DNA of 40,958 nt from Chloroflexota bacterium (lineage in GTDB: Bacteria; Chloroflexota; Dehalococcoidia; GIF9; UBA5629). Position 1 is the first letter of the stretch. Every line of letters begins with the position of its first letter. The stretch covers positions 1 to 40,958 of the forward strand of contig JAPLHK010000029.1 in the NCBI GenBank assembly GCA_026389715.1. The letters are read 5' to 3'. Positions 1 to 8,793 of this stretch are shown one piece after another. The notes beneath the pieces were generated by a model that saw only the letters and a list, made by a program, of their open reading frames with translations, had not been told where the DNA came from and ran no database searches. Made by a program: the position numbers and the translations under genes.

Positions 1-11
1 AGCCATCAGGT

Positions 12-1553
12 CTATTCATTAATAAACGAGGCGTCCATCTTGTAGAATCCCGTTAGCGCAGGGTAAAGCGTACGATATATCCCGTAGAGGCGCCTGTACC
101 TGTCAACTTCCGCTGAATTGGGCTTCGCAGTGTCTTTTACCCTGATGCATGTTGCGCACGCAGCTTGAATCGACTCATGTATTCCCACGCCGGTCGCCGC
201 CAGCAAGGCTGCACCGTAGGCAGGGCCTTCGTCGCTGCCCGCCCTCGCCACTTCAATCTCAAATATATCGGCGGCCATCTGTTGCCAGAACGCGCTCCTG
301 GCGCCTCCGCCGGAAAGGAATATGCGGGACGCCTGCACTCCGCTCTGCTTTCCTAAATCCAGGCAATCTTTGAGGCTCATGGTTATCCCTTCCATCACCG
401 ACCGTGCCATGTGTGCCCTGGTATGGCGCAGCGACAGTCCCAGGAAAGCACCCCTGGCATCGGCATCAGCATAGGGCGTCCTCTCACCCGCCAGGTAGGG
501 AAGGAAGAACAATCCTTCCGCGCCCGCTGATATCTCCTGCGCCATGCCGCCAATTATTTCATAGGGATCGATACCCTTTATTCGGGCAGCCGCTTTGATA
601 TCCTGGCAAAGGGTATCGCGGAACCAGCGCAGTGAACCCCCGGCAGCCAGTGTAACTCCCATCATATGCCACTTGCCGGGAACAGCATGGCAGAATGAGT
701 GCAGCCTGGCCAGAGGATCGTAAGCAGGTGTATCGCAATGCCAGAAAACAACGCCGCTGGTTCCCAGTACACAGGACGCAACACCTGTATTCACTATGCC
801 GTTCCCCACGGCCCCGGCCGCCTGGTCTCCCCCACCCCCCACGATAGGCGTACCACTGTCGAGGCCGGTTAGCCTGGCAGCGTCCGCACTAACCCGGCTG
901 CTGACTACAGTGGATTCAAAACAATCCGGCAGCCAGTTACCGGGGATTTCGAGCGCGTCAAGCATTTCACCGGACCATTTGCGTTCCCTGACATTGAAAA
1001 GCAATGTCCCCGAGGCGTCGGAGACCTCGGTAGCAAAGACACCGGCCAGCCTGTAGCGTATATAGTCCTTGGGCAACAGGATTTTATTGACCTTAGCATA
1101 CGATTGCGGTTCGTTTTGCTTAAGCCACAATATCTTGGGCGCGGTGAAGCCGGTCAACGCCCGGTTGGAGGTGAGCTCAACCAGCCTTTCCGCGCCGACC
1201 ATAGCTGTGATCTGCCGGCACTGATCAACGGTCCTCTGATCATTCCAGAGGATGGCGGGCCGCAGAACCTCCCCTTTATCACCGAGAAAAACCGAGCCGT
1301 GCATCTGGCCGGAAAGCCCTATCCCGGCCACCTTCACCTCTTTCCCCACGGATGCGCAGGCTTCTGCCAGGCAACTTTTCACGGCTGAAACCGTCGCATC
1401 CCACCAGGCTTCAGCATCCTGCTCGGCCCAGTTAGGCCTGGGCATAAGCAGCGGGTACTCCCCGTTGCCTGATGCGACAACTTCACCCTTTTCCGAGACA
1501 AGGAGGACTTTAACGCCTGTTGTCCCCAGGTCAATGCCCAGCGTGTATTCCAT
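12..1553 (-). CDS. xylB: Xylulokinase / FGGY-family carbohydrate kinase
   Basis: Lies in ORF 12..1649. Carries FGGY motifs GIDLGTTGVK and GGGDQAAGAVG. ATG 1553 gives the family-typical start MEYTLGIDLGTT. The longer ORF starts at GTG 1649 and adds 32 atypical residues. Confidence 0.85.
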   Translation of the reverse strand: MEYTLGIDLGTTGVKVLLVSEKGEVVASGNGEYPLLMPRPNWAEQDAEAWWDATVSAVKSCLAEACASVGKEVKVAGIGLSGQMHGSVFLGDKGEVLRPAILWNDQRTVDQCRQITAMVGAERLVELTSNRALTGFTAPKILWLKQNEPQSYAKVNKILLPKDYIRYRLAGVFATEVSDASGTLLFNVRERKWSGEMLDALEIPGNWLPDCFESTVVSSRVSADAARLTGLDSGTPIVGGGGDQAAGAVGNGIVNTGVASCVLGTSGVVFWHCDTPAYDPLARLHSFCHAVPGKWHMMGVTLAAGGSLRWFRDTLCQDIKAAARIKGIDPYEIIGGMAQEISAGAEGLFFLPYLAGERTPYADADARGAFLGLSLRHTRAHMARSVMEGITMSLKDCLDLGKQSGVQASRIFLSGGGARSAFWQQMAADIFEIEVARAGSDEGPAYGAALLAATGVGIHESIQAACATCIRVKDTAKPNSAEVDRYRRLYGIYRTLYPALTGFYKMDASFINE

Positions 1554-1673
1554 AAGATAATAGTCCGTTATCTCTTCCTGCTCGAGTAAACCTGCCCTAT
1601 AAGCCGCGCCAATAAACCGGCGCCAAACGCTGTTCCCTGTTTTGCTCACGCTGGAAATTTGCGTGTTATATTT

Positions 1674-3077
1674 CTATAGTTCGGGTTTTTTATGGGCCCA
1701 CGGGTGCGCTTTTTCATAAGCCGCGGCAGCGCGCAATACCAGCGCTTCGTCAAACCGCCTGCCGACGATCTGCAGGCCGACAGGCAACCCCTCCGAATTG
1801 AACCCGCAGGGAATTGAAGCTGCCGGCTGACCGAGGAAATTAAATGTGAATGTGAAGCTGACCCAGTTGCTCGGGCTGCCCTCATGGCCATTGATTTTTG
1901 CCGGCCCCAGTGGCCCTGCCTCGAAAGCGGTAACCGCGGTGGTGGGCGTGAGAAGCAGGTCATATTTTTCAAACACCTCAGCTGCCTGACAGGTAAGCTT
2001 CTGGCGGTCAAACTGTACCTGGATCAAGTCGCGGTTAGTAAAGGTCCCTGCAAAATCCATGAAAGGCAGGTAAGGCGGGTAAGCAACGCTCTTATACTTT
2101 TCCATCTGGCTGAATAACGCGGTATATGTTTCCGATAGCACCGTGGTCAGGAACGCTCCTTCCATACTGATCCAGCCCGGCTTAATTTCATCCACATGGC
2201 AGCCCATCTCCCGGAAGCTAAAGGCAGCTTTCATGGTCATCTCCAGCACCTCCCGGTCGACGGGTAAGCCGGCGCCCAAATCCGAGGAGTAAGCGATACG
2301 CATGCCGCGGATATTTCCTTTCATATCCTCCCGGAACTTGCCGGGGTATTCAGGTAATGAATTCTGGTCGTAGATAGATGGCCCGGCCATTACATCCAGC
2401 ATGAGCGCCGCATCCTCTACCGTACGGGTTATGGGTCCTTCGTGGTTAATTGTCTCCCAGCCCGGAATATGCGGGTAATAAGGCACCCTCCCATAGGTGG
2501 GCTTCAGACCAAAGATACCACAGAAGCTGGAAGGAATGCGTATCGATCCGCCGCCATCATTGCCCTGCGCAATCGGGCACAGTCCGGCAGCAACCGCTGC
2601 CGCTGAGCCTCCACTTGAACCGCCAGACGTCCTGCTTAAATTCCATGGGTTGAGTGTTTTGCCAAAGAGGACATTATCCGTAATGCCAACCAGGCCGAAT
2701 TCAGGCAGGTTGGTTTTGCCGAGGATGATCGCACCGGCATCCTTCAGCCTTGAAACCAGTACCGCATCCTCGTCGGGTACAAAATCCTCATAAAGCTTTG
2801 AGCCGTCGGTGGTCCTTATCCCCTTTGTAAACGTATTATCCTTAATAGCTACCGGCACACCATCAAGCGCCCCCGGTACTCCATCCTGGTATCTTTTGGC
2901 GGATTCACGTGCTGCGATCAGGGCGAGATCCGCTACAAGGGTAACGAAGGCATTCAACTTAGGATTAATCCTGGCAATTCGTTCTAGCTGAGACTGCACC
3001 ACTTCCACCGGCGAGAACTTCTTCTTTTTATAAGCATCAATAAGTTCGACTGCAGACAACCAGCAAATTTCAGACAT
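1674..3077 (-). CDS. Amidase (amidase-signature family, GatA-like)
   Basis: Has the amidase signature GGSSGGSAAAVAAG and a Lys in AIKDN. ATG 3077 is preceded by GGAGAGGAGG. The ORF track extends to 3101. Confidence 0.85.
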   Translation of the reverse strand: MSEICWLSAVELIDAYKKKKFSPVEVVQSQLERIARINPKLNAFVTLVADLALIAARESAKRYQDGVPGALDGVPVAIKDNTFTKGIRTTDGSKLYEDFVPDEDAVLVSRLKDAGAIILGKTNLPEFGLVGITDNVLFGKTLNPWNLSRTSGGSSGGSAAAVAAGLCPIAQGNDGGGSIRIPSSFCGIFGLKPTYGRVPYYPHIPGWETINHEGPITRTVEDAALMLDVMAGPSIYDQNSLPEYPGKFREDMKGNIRGMRIAYSSDLGAGLPVDREVLEMTMKAAFSFREMGCHVDEIKPGWISMEGAFLTTVLSETYTALFSQMEKYKSVAYPPYLPFMDFAGTFTNRDLIQVQFDRQKLTCQAAEVFEKYDLLLTPTTAVTAFEAGPLGPAKINGHEGSPSNWVSFTFTFNFLGQPAASIPCGFNSEGLPVGLQIVGRRFDEALVLRAAAAYEKAHPWAHKKPEL

Positions 3078-3175
3078 TTTATAAATACCCCTCCTCTCCA
3101 AAGTATTGATAGGATAAGCCGCCCGTTGCTTGATGTCAATCAGCTTGCGACTGTGTTATAATTTTTCCGTCAGTT

Positions 3176-3808
3176 ATGTTTAAGTTCAACTTGATGCCCC
3201 GCGATGATAAGTTCTTTGACCTTTTCGAGGTCAGCGCCAAGAACATGGTAAGGGCAGCCGAAAGCCTCAAGGATATGATCTACAGCTGGGAATGTTTTGA
3301 TGAGAAATTGGAGGAAATGACCAAGATAGAACACCAGGGCGATACCATTACACACGAGATAATGTTCCAGTTGAACCGCTCTTTTATCACTCCTTTTGAC
3401 CGCGAAGATATCGGCCTGCTGGCACACTCCCTGGACGATGTCACAGATCTCATTCAATCGTCGGCCGATACCATGGTTCTTTACAAGGTCAAAACTCCTG
3501 GCAAACGCGCCCGGGAACTGGCAGACATACTTGTCCAGATCACCACGGAAGTTGAGAATGTGATGCCCAGCCTGCGCCGGCACAATTCGAACCTTGAGAA
3601 AATCTTGAATAGTTGCGTGGAGATAAACCGGCTGGAGAACCTGGCCGATACCATTTACCGCACCGCCCTGACGGAACTTTTTGAGGACGATTCGGACATT
3701 GCCGATATCATTAAATGGCGCGAGATTTACGAGCACATGGAGAGCGCGACGGATATGTGCGAGGACGTGGCCAACGTCCTTGAAAGTGTCGCCCTCAAAC
3801 ACGCGTAG
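3176..3808 (+). CDS. DUF47 family protein (PhoU-like, YkaA type)
   Basis: 210-aa all-helical protein with an N-terminus MFKFNLMPRDDKFFDLFE typical of the DUF47 family. No adjacent Pit phosphate transporter. Confidence 0.7.
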   Translation: MFKFNLMPRDDKFFDLFEVSAKNMVRAAESLKDMIYSWECFDEKLEEMTKIEHQGDTITHEIMFQLNRSFITPFDREDIGLLAHSLDDVTDLIQSSADTMVLYKVKTPGKRARELADILVQITTEVENVMPSLRRHNSNLEKILNSCVEINRLENLADTIYRTALTELFEDDSDIADIIKWREIYEHMESATDMCEDVANVLESVALKHA

Positions 3809-3870
3809 ACGCTAAATATTGACAGGACAGGGCATTCACCACCTTCCAGAGCGGGCACTCAACGATATTA

Positions 3871-4320
3871 TCATCGGTTAGGCAAGGATCCACCGGCCGA
3901 TCCCATCGTTTTTCGCATTTCCAGCCTGTTTCCTTGCTTTACATCGAAACTATACTTTACTTCGTCCATCATCTTCTTCATTATGTATATTCCCAGTCCA
4001 CCTATTTTCCTGTTCTCCAGGTCGGCATTAACATCCGGCTGTGGAACTGAGCCTGGATCGAAGGGTTTTCCACGGTCCTTGATACTGATAACTATATCTT
4101 TGCCTTGAATGTCACATGATATCTCGAAAAACCCCCCCTTCCCTCCGTAAGCATGTTTTATAACGTTGGTGCTTGCTTCATCCACCGCCGTCTCCAGCGG
4201 AAAGGAGTATTTTCCAAGCCCACGGCGTTCCAGCCAACTGACGACAAATTCTATAATGCGGGGTATATCGTCAAGAACGGCAGTTTCTAACGTCATTATC
4301 TGTTTAGCCATATTTTTCAC
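3871..4320 (-). CDS. Anti-sigma regulatory factor, RsbW/SpoIIAB-like serine kinase (HATPase domain)
   Basis: N-box-like EASTNVIKHAY, a G-box-like IKDRGKPFDP, and GGLGIYIMKKMMDEV. Size of 149 aa is typical of the family. Confidence 0.7.
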   Translation of the reverse strand: MKNMAKQIMTLETAVLDDIPRIIEFVVSWLERRGLGKYSFPLETAVDEASTNVIKHAYGGKGGFFEISCDIQGKDIVISIKDRGKPFDPGSVPQPDVNADLENRKIGGLGIYIMKKMMDEVKYSFDVKQGNRLEMRKTMGSAGGSLPNR

Positions 4321-4356
4321 TGTTTACTATGCAAACTCTCAACTATCCCGCCGGGA

Positions 4357-5274
4357 TCAGGCGACATCTGCTGTCGCAGGTGAAACCACGATCTCACTGC
4401 CGTGGATTTTCTTCTCCAGGTTAGCCTTTATAGAACTAATCACCGCCTGAACTTCGGCCATTTTCCTCTCCCCGTCGAATTCCAGGAATATCTCCACATA
4501 CACATTGGCGCCTGACCTTCGCGACCGGATACCATGGATGGCTTCATATTCGTCAAAATAGCCGGCTAATTCACGCAGTATGATTAATTGCAGCGACTCT
4601 TCCAGCGCACGGTCTAATAAGTCGTACACAGACATGGCGCTGATATTATAGATGGACTGTACAATAAAGAGACCGATTAACACGGAGCCCAGGGGGTCAA
4701 CGTATGAGACCCAGGGCTGATCACTGAATATGGCGCTCAGTCCCAGTGAAGCTATGACCAGGATTGAAGCTACAGTTTTAAAACGGTACATCCTCCACAG
4801 CGATTCCAGTACCGGGGAATATTCTTCACTGGAAAGGTGATGGTCATGCCTCCATAGCCAGGCGCTGGTCAACAGTGCAACAGCCGAAAAAACTATCGCG
4901 AGGTCGAGGCCGCCTGAATGCAGCTCCACCGGGTGCTGAAATCTCTCAATTGTATGACCGATGACAATAATCAGTGATATGACCAGCACCACGGCCACGA
5001 TCAAACCTGAGACGCTCTCCAGTTTACCGTAACCGTAGTTATAACCCTCAGTCCGCCCGCGGTTGACCTTCCTTATGCTCAGGTAGGATAAGAAAACAGC
5101 CGTCACCAGCCCGATATTCTTGAGTATCTCAGATTCCAGTGTCAGGGAGTTAGCGATAACAGCAGCGATGATGCCGGTGACAAGCCCGAATATTCCCAAT
5201 ATAAGCCCCAGCATTATGGAATGCTCTTTAGCCTTAGCGTGGTTAATGGGTTTTGATTGGGTGTTTTTCAACAT
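4357..5274 (-). CDS. Cation diffusion facilitator (CDF) family metal efflux transporter
   Basis: About six hydrophobic segments followed by a cytoplasmic C-terminal domain (IHGIRSRRSGANVYVEIFLEF), the usual CDF layout. Confidence 0.75.
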   Translation of the reverse strand: MLKNTQSKPINHAKAKEHSIMLGLILGIFGLVTGIIAAVIANSLTLESEILKNIGLVTAVFLSYLSIRKVNRGRTEGYNYGYGKLESVSGLIVAVVLVISLIIVIGHTIERFQHPVELHSGGLDLAIVFSAVALLTSAWLWRHDHHLSSEEYSPVLESLWRMYRFKTVASILVIASLGLSAIFSDQPWVSYVDPLGSVLIGLFIVQSIYNISAMSVYDLLDRALEESLQLIILRELAGYFDEYEAIHGIRSRRSGANVYVEIFLEFDGERKMAEVQAVISSIKANLEKKIHGSEIVVSPATADVA

Positions 5275-5415
5275 GCTGTTTTTTCTGCATTACTATTTAT
5301 CATCTGTCACGCAGGCACGCATATTTTGTCATGGTTTGGTTATTTATTCAAAAGCGATTGTTGAAACTATGCGTGAGCCGAGGATAACCTTCAGCAGCAG
5401 ATGCGCATAAAACAA

Positions 5416-5445
5416 GGGAGGCCACCTTAAATAAGGTGGCCTCTC
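5416..5445 (-). terminator. Rho-independent terminator of the 5464..6738 gene
   Basis: Perfect 11-bp stem GAGGCCACCTT / AAGGTGGCCTC with a 4-nt loop, extendable to 13 bp. On the minus-strand RNA it is followed by UUGUUUUAU, and it begins 19 nt after the stop codon. Confidence 0.8.
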
Positions 5446-5463
5446 CATATTTATGATATTTTC

Positions 5464-6738
5464 TTAAAACCTGCGCGTCTTGAAAACCAGGAACAGCACA
5501 GCAATCACCAGTACAGTGCCGACGGCGATCAGTACCCAGACCCATATTGGAATTGCGGTTTCCTGCGCAGGTGGTGGAGGTATAGCCGGTACGGCTGCGG
5601 TGGTCAGGCTGAAGGTAGCTGACCAGTCGCTCGGGATATTCTGGCCGTTGACCTCGATGGCCTTCACGCGCCAGAAGTAGTTGCTGCTGTATTCCAGGGC
5701 GTTCTGATATTCATAACCGGTGGTGGTGGTGGTGGCGGTTACAACCAGCGTCTTGAACTCAGGATCCTTGGCGAGGTCGAACTGGTACTTGGTGGCCTCT
5801 TTCCAGGGGCTCCAGGAGAAGGCCAGCGGTTTCGTCCGGCAGCCGGTGCAACCGTTGTTAGGTGAGAGCAATTGAACACCGTAGTATGGTGTGTTGACGA
5901 TGAAGCCTGCCTTCACGGTGAATGAGCGCGCCTCAGACCACGGGCTGGCGGCGATCTGCTTGGTAGCTGATTTCGCGGAGCGAATCCTCCAGTAGTAGAT
6001 GGCGCCGGCTTCAGGCAGCGCGCCCGGGGCTATCCAGGCAGCCGGTGAAGTCATATTGACATCGTCCATCTCAAGCAAAATGGAACCGGTCACGGAACTG
6101 ATCACTGTGGCTCCGTTACCGCCATGCGCCACATCGGGGTTAATCCTGAGATTGAAGGCCGCATCCTTGGCAACCTGTAGCTGGTACCAGGTGCTCAGGC
6201 AGAGCTGCTCCCAGCTCAGGTCTATCTGCTGGTTGCGGCCGGTTACCGGGTCGGCGCCGATCAGGAACTGGTCAGCCGGGCTCTTCAGGACGGGGCCCTT
6301 CTTGGCCAGACAGTCGGTGTAGGCCCAGAGCATGCCCTGGCGGAGAGAGGGGGTATAGCCGGGTGCGGGTGGTGTTTGGAGACCGGCATTCCAGCGGCCG
6401 GTGAGGTTCAAGGCATAGGTGCGACCGGTGGTTGTCCATGTCCAGTTGCCGCTCTGGTCGTCAATGGCGTAGAGGGTGGTGTTGGTGTCCAAAGTGCAGC
6501 ATCCGCAGTATTTGAGCGAGGTCGGTTCAAGTGTGAACTTGATGCCGGTGGTGCTGAGCGGGGCAAAGATGTCGAGACAGGCCCACTGTATGCCCGGCTT
6601 GGGCATGCCGTCGCGTGGTTTGAGTGTGCGGCAGGCCGCGCTGTTAAAGGGGGATACCATAACAGTAGTAGTCCCGGCGGGTGCGGTCGTGACTGAGGTC
6701 AACTGCGTTACATTGTTGGCCAGGCTGGCGCAATCCAT
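5464..6738 (-). CDS. Hypothetical Cys-rich repeat protein with a C-terminal transmembrane anchor (FN3/Ig-like modules)
   Basis: Two modules share the pattern L-SP...FSW/LSW...YQ...AKD..F...YYWR/YFWR...WS..F. A Pro-rich linker PPPP precedes a hydrophobic helix IWVWVLIAVGTVLVIAVLFLVF and a KTRRF tail. No N-terminal signal peptide is visible. Confidence 0.6.
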   Translation of the reverse strand: MDCASLANNVTQLTSVTTAPAGTTTVMVSPFNSAACRTLKPRDGMPKPGIQWACLDIFAPLSTTGIKFTLEPTSLKYCGCCTLDTNTTLYAIDDQSGNWTWTTTGRTYALNLTGRWNAGLQTPPAPGYTPSLRQGMLWAYTDCLAKKGPVLKSPADQFLIGADPVTGRNQQIDLSWEQLCLSTWYQLQVAKDAAFNLRINPDVAHGGNGATVISSVTGSILLEMDDVNMTSPAAWIAPGALPEAGAIYYWRIRSAKSATKQIAASPWSEARSFTVKAGFIVNTPYYGVQLLSPNNGCTGCRTKPLAFSWSPWKEATKYQFDLAKDPEFKTLVVTATTTTTGYEYQNALEYSSNYFWRVKAIEVNGQNIPSDWSATFSLTTAAVPAIPPPPAQETAIPIWVWVLIAVGTVLVIAVLFLVFKTRRF

Positions 6739-7198
6739 GATCTATTCCGAAGGTGGCGTTATAGAATCCAGGGCATACGCGGGCGTTTCATGTATCGGCG
6801 AGATGATCGAACCGGTTGTTTCAAACAAAGCCGTTTATGTGGTGCCGGGCCGGGGCGAGAGGCAAATAGGTATGGCCTCCGACGACGAGATGGCCTTTGC
6901 TTTGCCCATGGCAAAATTGCAGGCCCTTCTTGCAGGTCTCGTGGAAACCGATGAAAATGGTACCAGGTATCCTATCCAGCCCTTCCTCTTCTTCGAACCG
7001 CGCTACAATAAGGCCGTCTCCAAACTTATCAAGAAGATAAAGTTAAGCTGAGGATTATACTGCGAACTATATTTATTTTTGCACCCGATCTCAAAGAAAT
7101 GGAACTCTGAGCGCGGCGTCTCGGACATCCATCCGTGACAGCCATTCCGAAGTGTATAAGCCCCTGGTTGAACCTTTAGATTAAAGTAGGAGGATAGC

Positions 7199-8011
7199 AT
7201 GAAATACGAAACACTGATAGTTGAAAAGTCTGGCGATCTGATGACCGTTATATTCAACCGGCCGAAAATCCTCAATGCGCTGGATAGGAAGACGATGCTT
7301 GAGATAAAGGACCTGCTGGACGCGCTGAGGTCAGACCTGCAGACCCGTTTTGTTATCTTCACCGGCGCAGGCAAGGCCTTCTCATCCGGAGTTGAATTCA
7401 GCAGGCAGGCCATGCAGGAGCATTACGACCCTGAACTGCCCAACGAACGGGTGTGGCAGCTCTTCGGCCAGGATTTCATGCGGGCCATGGAGAGCCTGGA
7501 GCAGGTCACTATTGCTGCTGTTAACGGCCCTTCCGTCGGCGCCGGCATGTGCCTGGCCATGAACTGTGACTTCAGGATACTTTCAGAAAAGGCGTTTTTT
7601 AGCATACCTGAAACTGCGCTGGGCATATTCTTTACCTGGGGCGCCACTCCACGATTAACCTGTCTCATCGGGCCGGCCAAAGCCAAGGAAATGATCATAA
7701 CCTGCGACCCCATTGACGCGCAGGAAGCCTGGCGCATAGGGCTGGCCAATAAAGTGGTACCGCACGACCAACTCATGCCGGCCTGTCTTGAACTTGCGCA
7801 GAAAATACGGACCATGGGACCGCTGGCTATACGCATCTGCAAGAAGCAGGTCAACGCCGCCTCGGTGGCAAAAATGGCCGACCTCTACCCGCTGGAGCCG
7901 GAACTGATGGAATTCGTGATGGCCTCCGGTCAGGCCGAGGAAGGCGGGCGCTCTTTCATCGAAAAGCGTAAGCCTGAATTCAAAAGCCAGCAGACAAATT
8001 TCAAACTGTAA
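7199..8011 (+). CDS. Enoyl-CoA hydratase/isomerase (crotonase) family protein
   Basis: Crotonase motifs FTGAGKAFSSGVE and AAVNGPSVGAGMCLAMNCDFRI. RBS GTAGGAGG lies upstream of the ATG. Confidence 0.85.
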   Translation: MKYETLIVEKSGDLMTVIFNRPKILNALDRKTMLEIKDLLDALRSDLQTRFVIFTGAGKAFSSGVEFSRQAMQEHYDPELPNERVWQLFGQDFMRAMESLEQVTIAAVNGPSVGAGMCLAMNCDFRILSEKAFFSIPETALGIFFTWGATPRLTCLIGPAKAKEMIITCDPIDAQEAWRIGLANKVVPHDQLMPACLELAQKIRTMGPLAIRICKKQVNAASVAKMADLYPLEPELMEFVMASGQAEEGGRSFIEKRKPEFKSQQTNFKL

Positions 8012-8144
8012 AGGGTAACTCCGAAAATGCCTTACTCACGGATGAAATAGAAAATCAAATTAATTCTGAGTATAAATAATTAAAGTCAGTCGCTTAGTTG
8101 AGAATTGCTATGGGGAATATCTAAATAGGTGAAAGGAGATTGTT

Positions 8145-8540
8145 ATGATAGAAAAGCTCAGCAAAGAACAAATCGAAGGTATCCTCGATGCTCTCCCGGT
8201 GGAACTGCTTTTCATCGACGAACACGAGAAGATCCGCTATTGGAACAAGGGGGAAAAGCGCAGCCGGAAAGCCACGGCTGACGATATCGGCAAGGACATA
8301 CGAAGCTGTCACAAGCCGGAGAGTCTGCCCATGCTGGAGGCTTTCATCAATAACCTGAAGAGCGGTAAAAAGGACGAACAGGAGTTCTGGGTGAGCTACA
8401 GCGACAGGCTGCTCAACCGCTTCATAGCCGTCAGGAACGGGGAAGGCAAATACCTGGGGCTAATACAGTACCTGCTGGATTATAAGGCGCTGGAGAAGCT
8501 GGCTGAAGAGAAAAAGGGTGCCTACAAGATATTCCCTTAG
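8145..8540 (+). CDS. Small PAS-domain protein (of the type found at the C-terminus of DUF438 proteins)
   Basis: 131 aa. The segment LPVELLFIDEHEKIRYWNKGEKR...SCHKPES...FWV resembles that PAS subfamily. RBS AAAGGAG is present. Confidence 0.5.
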   Translation: MIEKLSKEQIEGILDALPVELLFIDEHEKIRYWNKGEKRSRKATADDIGKDIRSCHKPESLPMLEAFINNLKSGKKDEQEFWVSYSDRLLNRFIAVRNGEGKYLGLIQYLLDYKALEKLAEEKKGAYKIFP

Positions 8541-8661
8541 CCGTCAGGTGACTGATGCCTGATGTTCAGGCCGTCGTTGCGGATCATCTCCAACCAATTT
8601 TCCAGTTCTGTCGGTTCAGTATACTTGGAAAATAGCTATATCAGTAACAAATGATCCAATA

Positions 8662-8690
8662 TTGACATCGAATATAGAATAGCCTATTGT
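8662..8690 (+). promoter_or_regulatory. Candidate sigma70-type promoter for the HdrD-like gene pair
   Basis: TTGACA (8662..8667), a 17-nt spacer, then TATTGT (8685..8690). It lies about 100 nt upstream of ATG 8794. Confidence 0.4.
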
Positions 8691-8793
8691 GGTGGCAATA
8701 CTAACATGGAGAGTTTCCTGCATCGCTTATCTGCGCCGTTAAAAACCCCATTACCGTACTATAAAACCCTTGCGGGGATATTACCCCATATTG

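Noticed and set aside
3170-3802. A 210-aa minus-strand ORF that almost exactly mirrors the DUF47 gene.
   Set aside because: The plus-strand product has the recognisable DUF47 N-terminus and helical pattern, while the antisense product has no family resemblance. It is a typical shadow ORF.
5275-5415. A possible NiCo (czcD-type) riboswitch upstream of the CDF transporter.
   Set aside because: Only weak, short pairings were found (for example TATGCG...CGCATA), and I could not recognise the conserved four-way-junction core by eye. A covariance-model scan would be needed to decide.
6737-7051. A ~104-aa plus-strand ORF (MIYSEGGVIESRAYAG...KKIKLS) between the repeat protein and the crotonase gene.
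   Set aside because: The composition looks protein-like, but there is no RBS and I recognise no family. Its ATG overlaps the start of the opposite-strand gene. I cannot support it without a homology search, though it could be a real small gene or a gene remnant.
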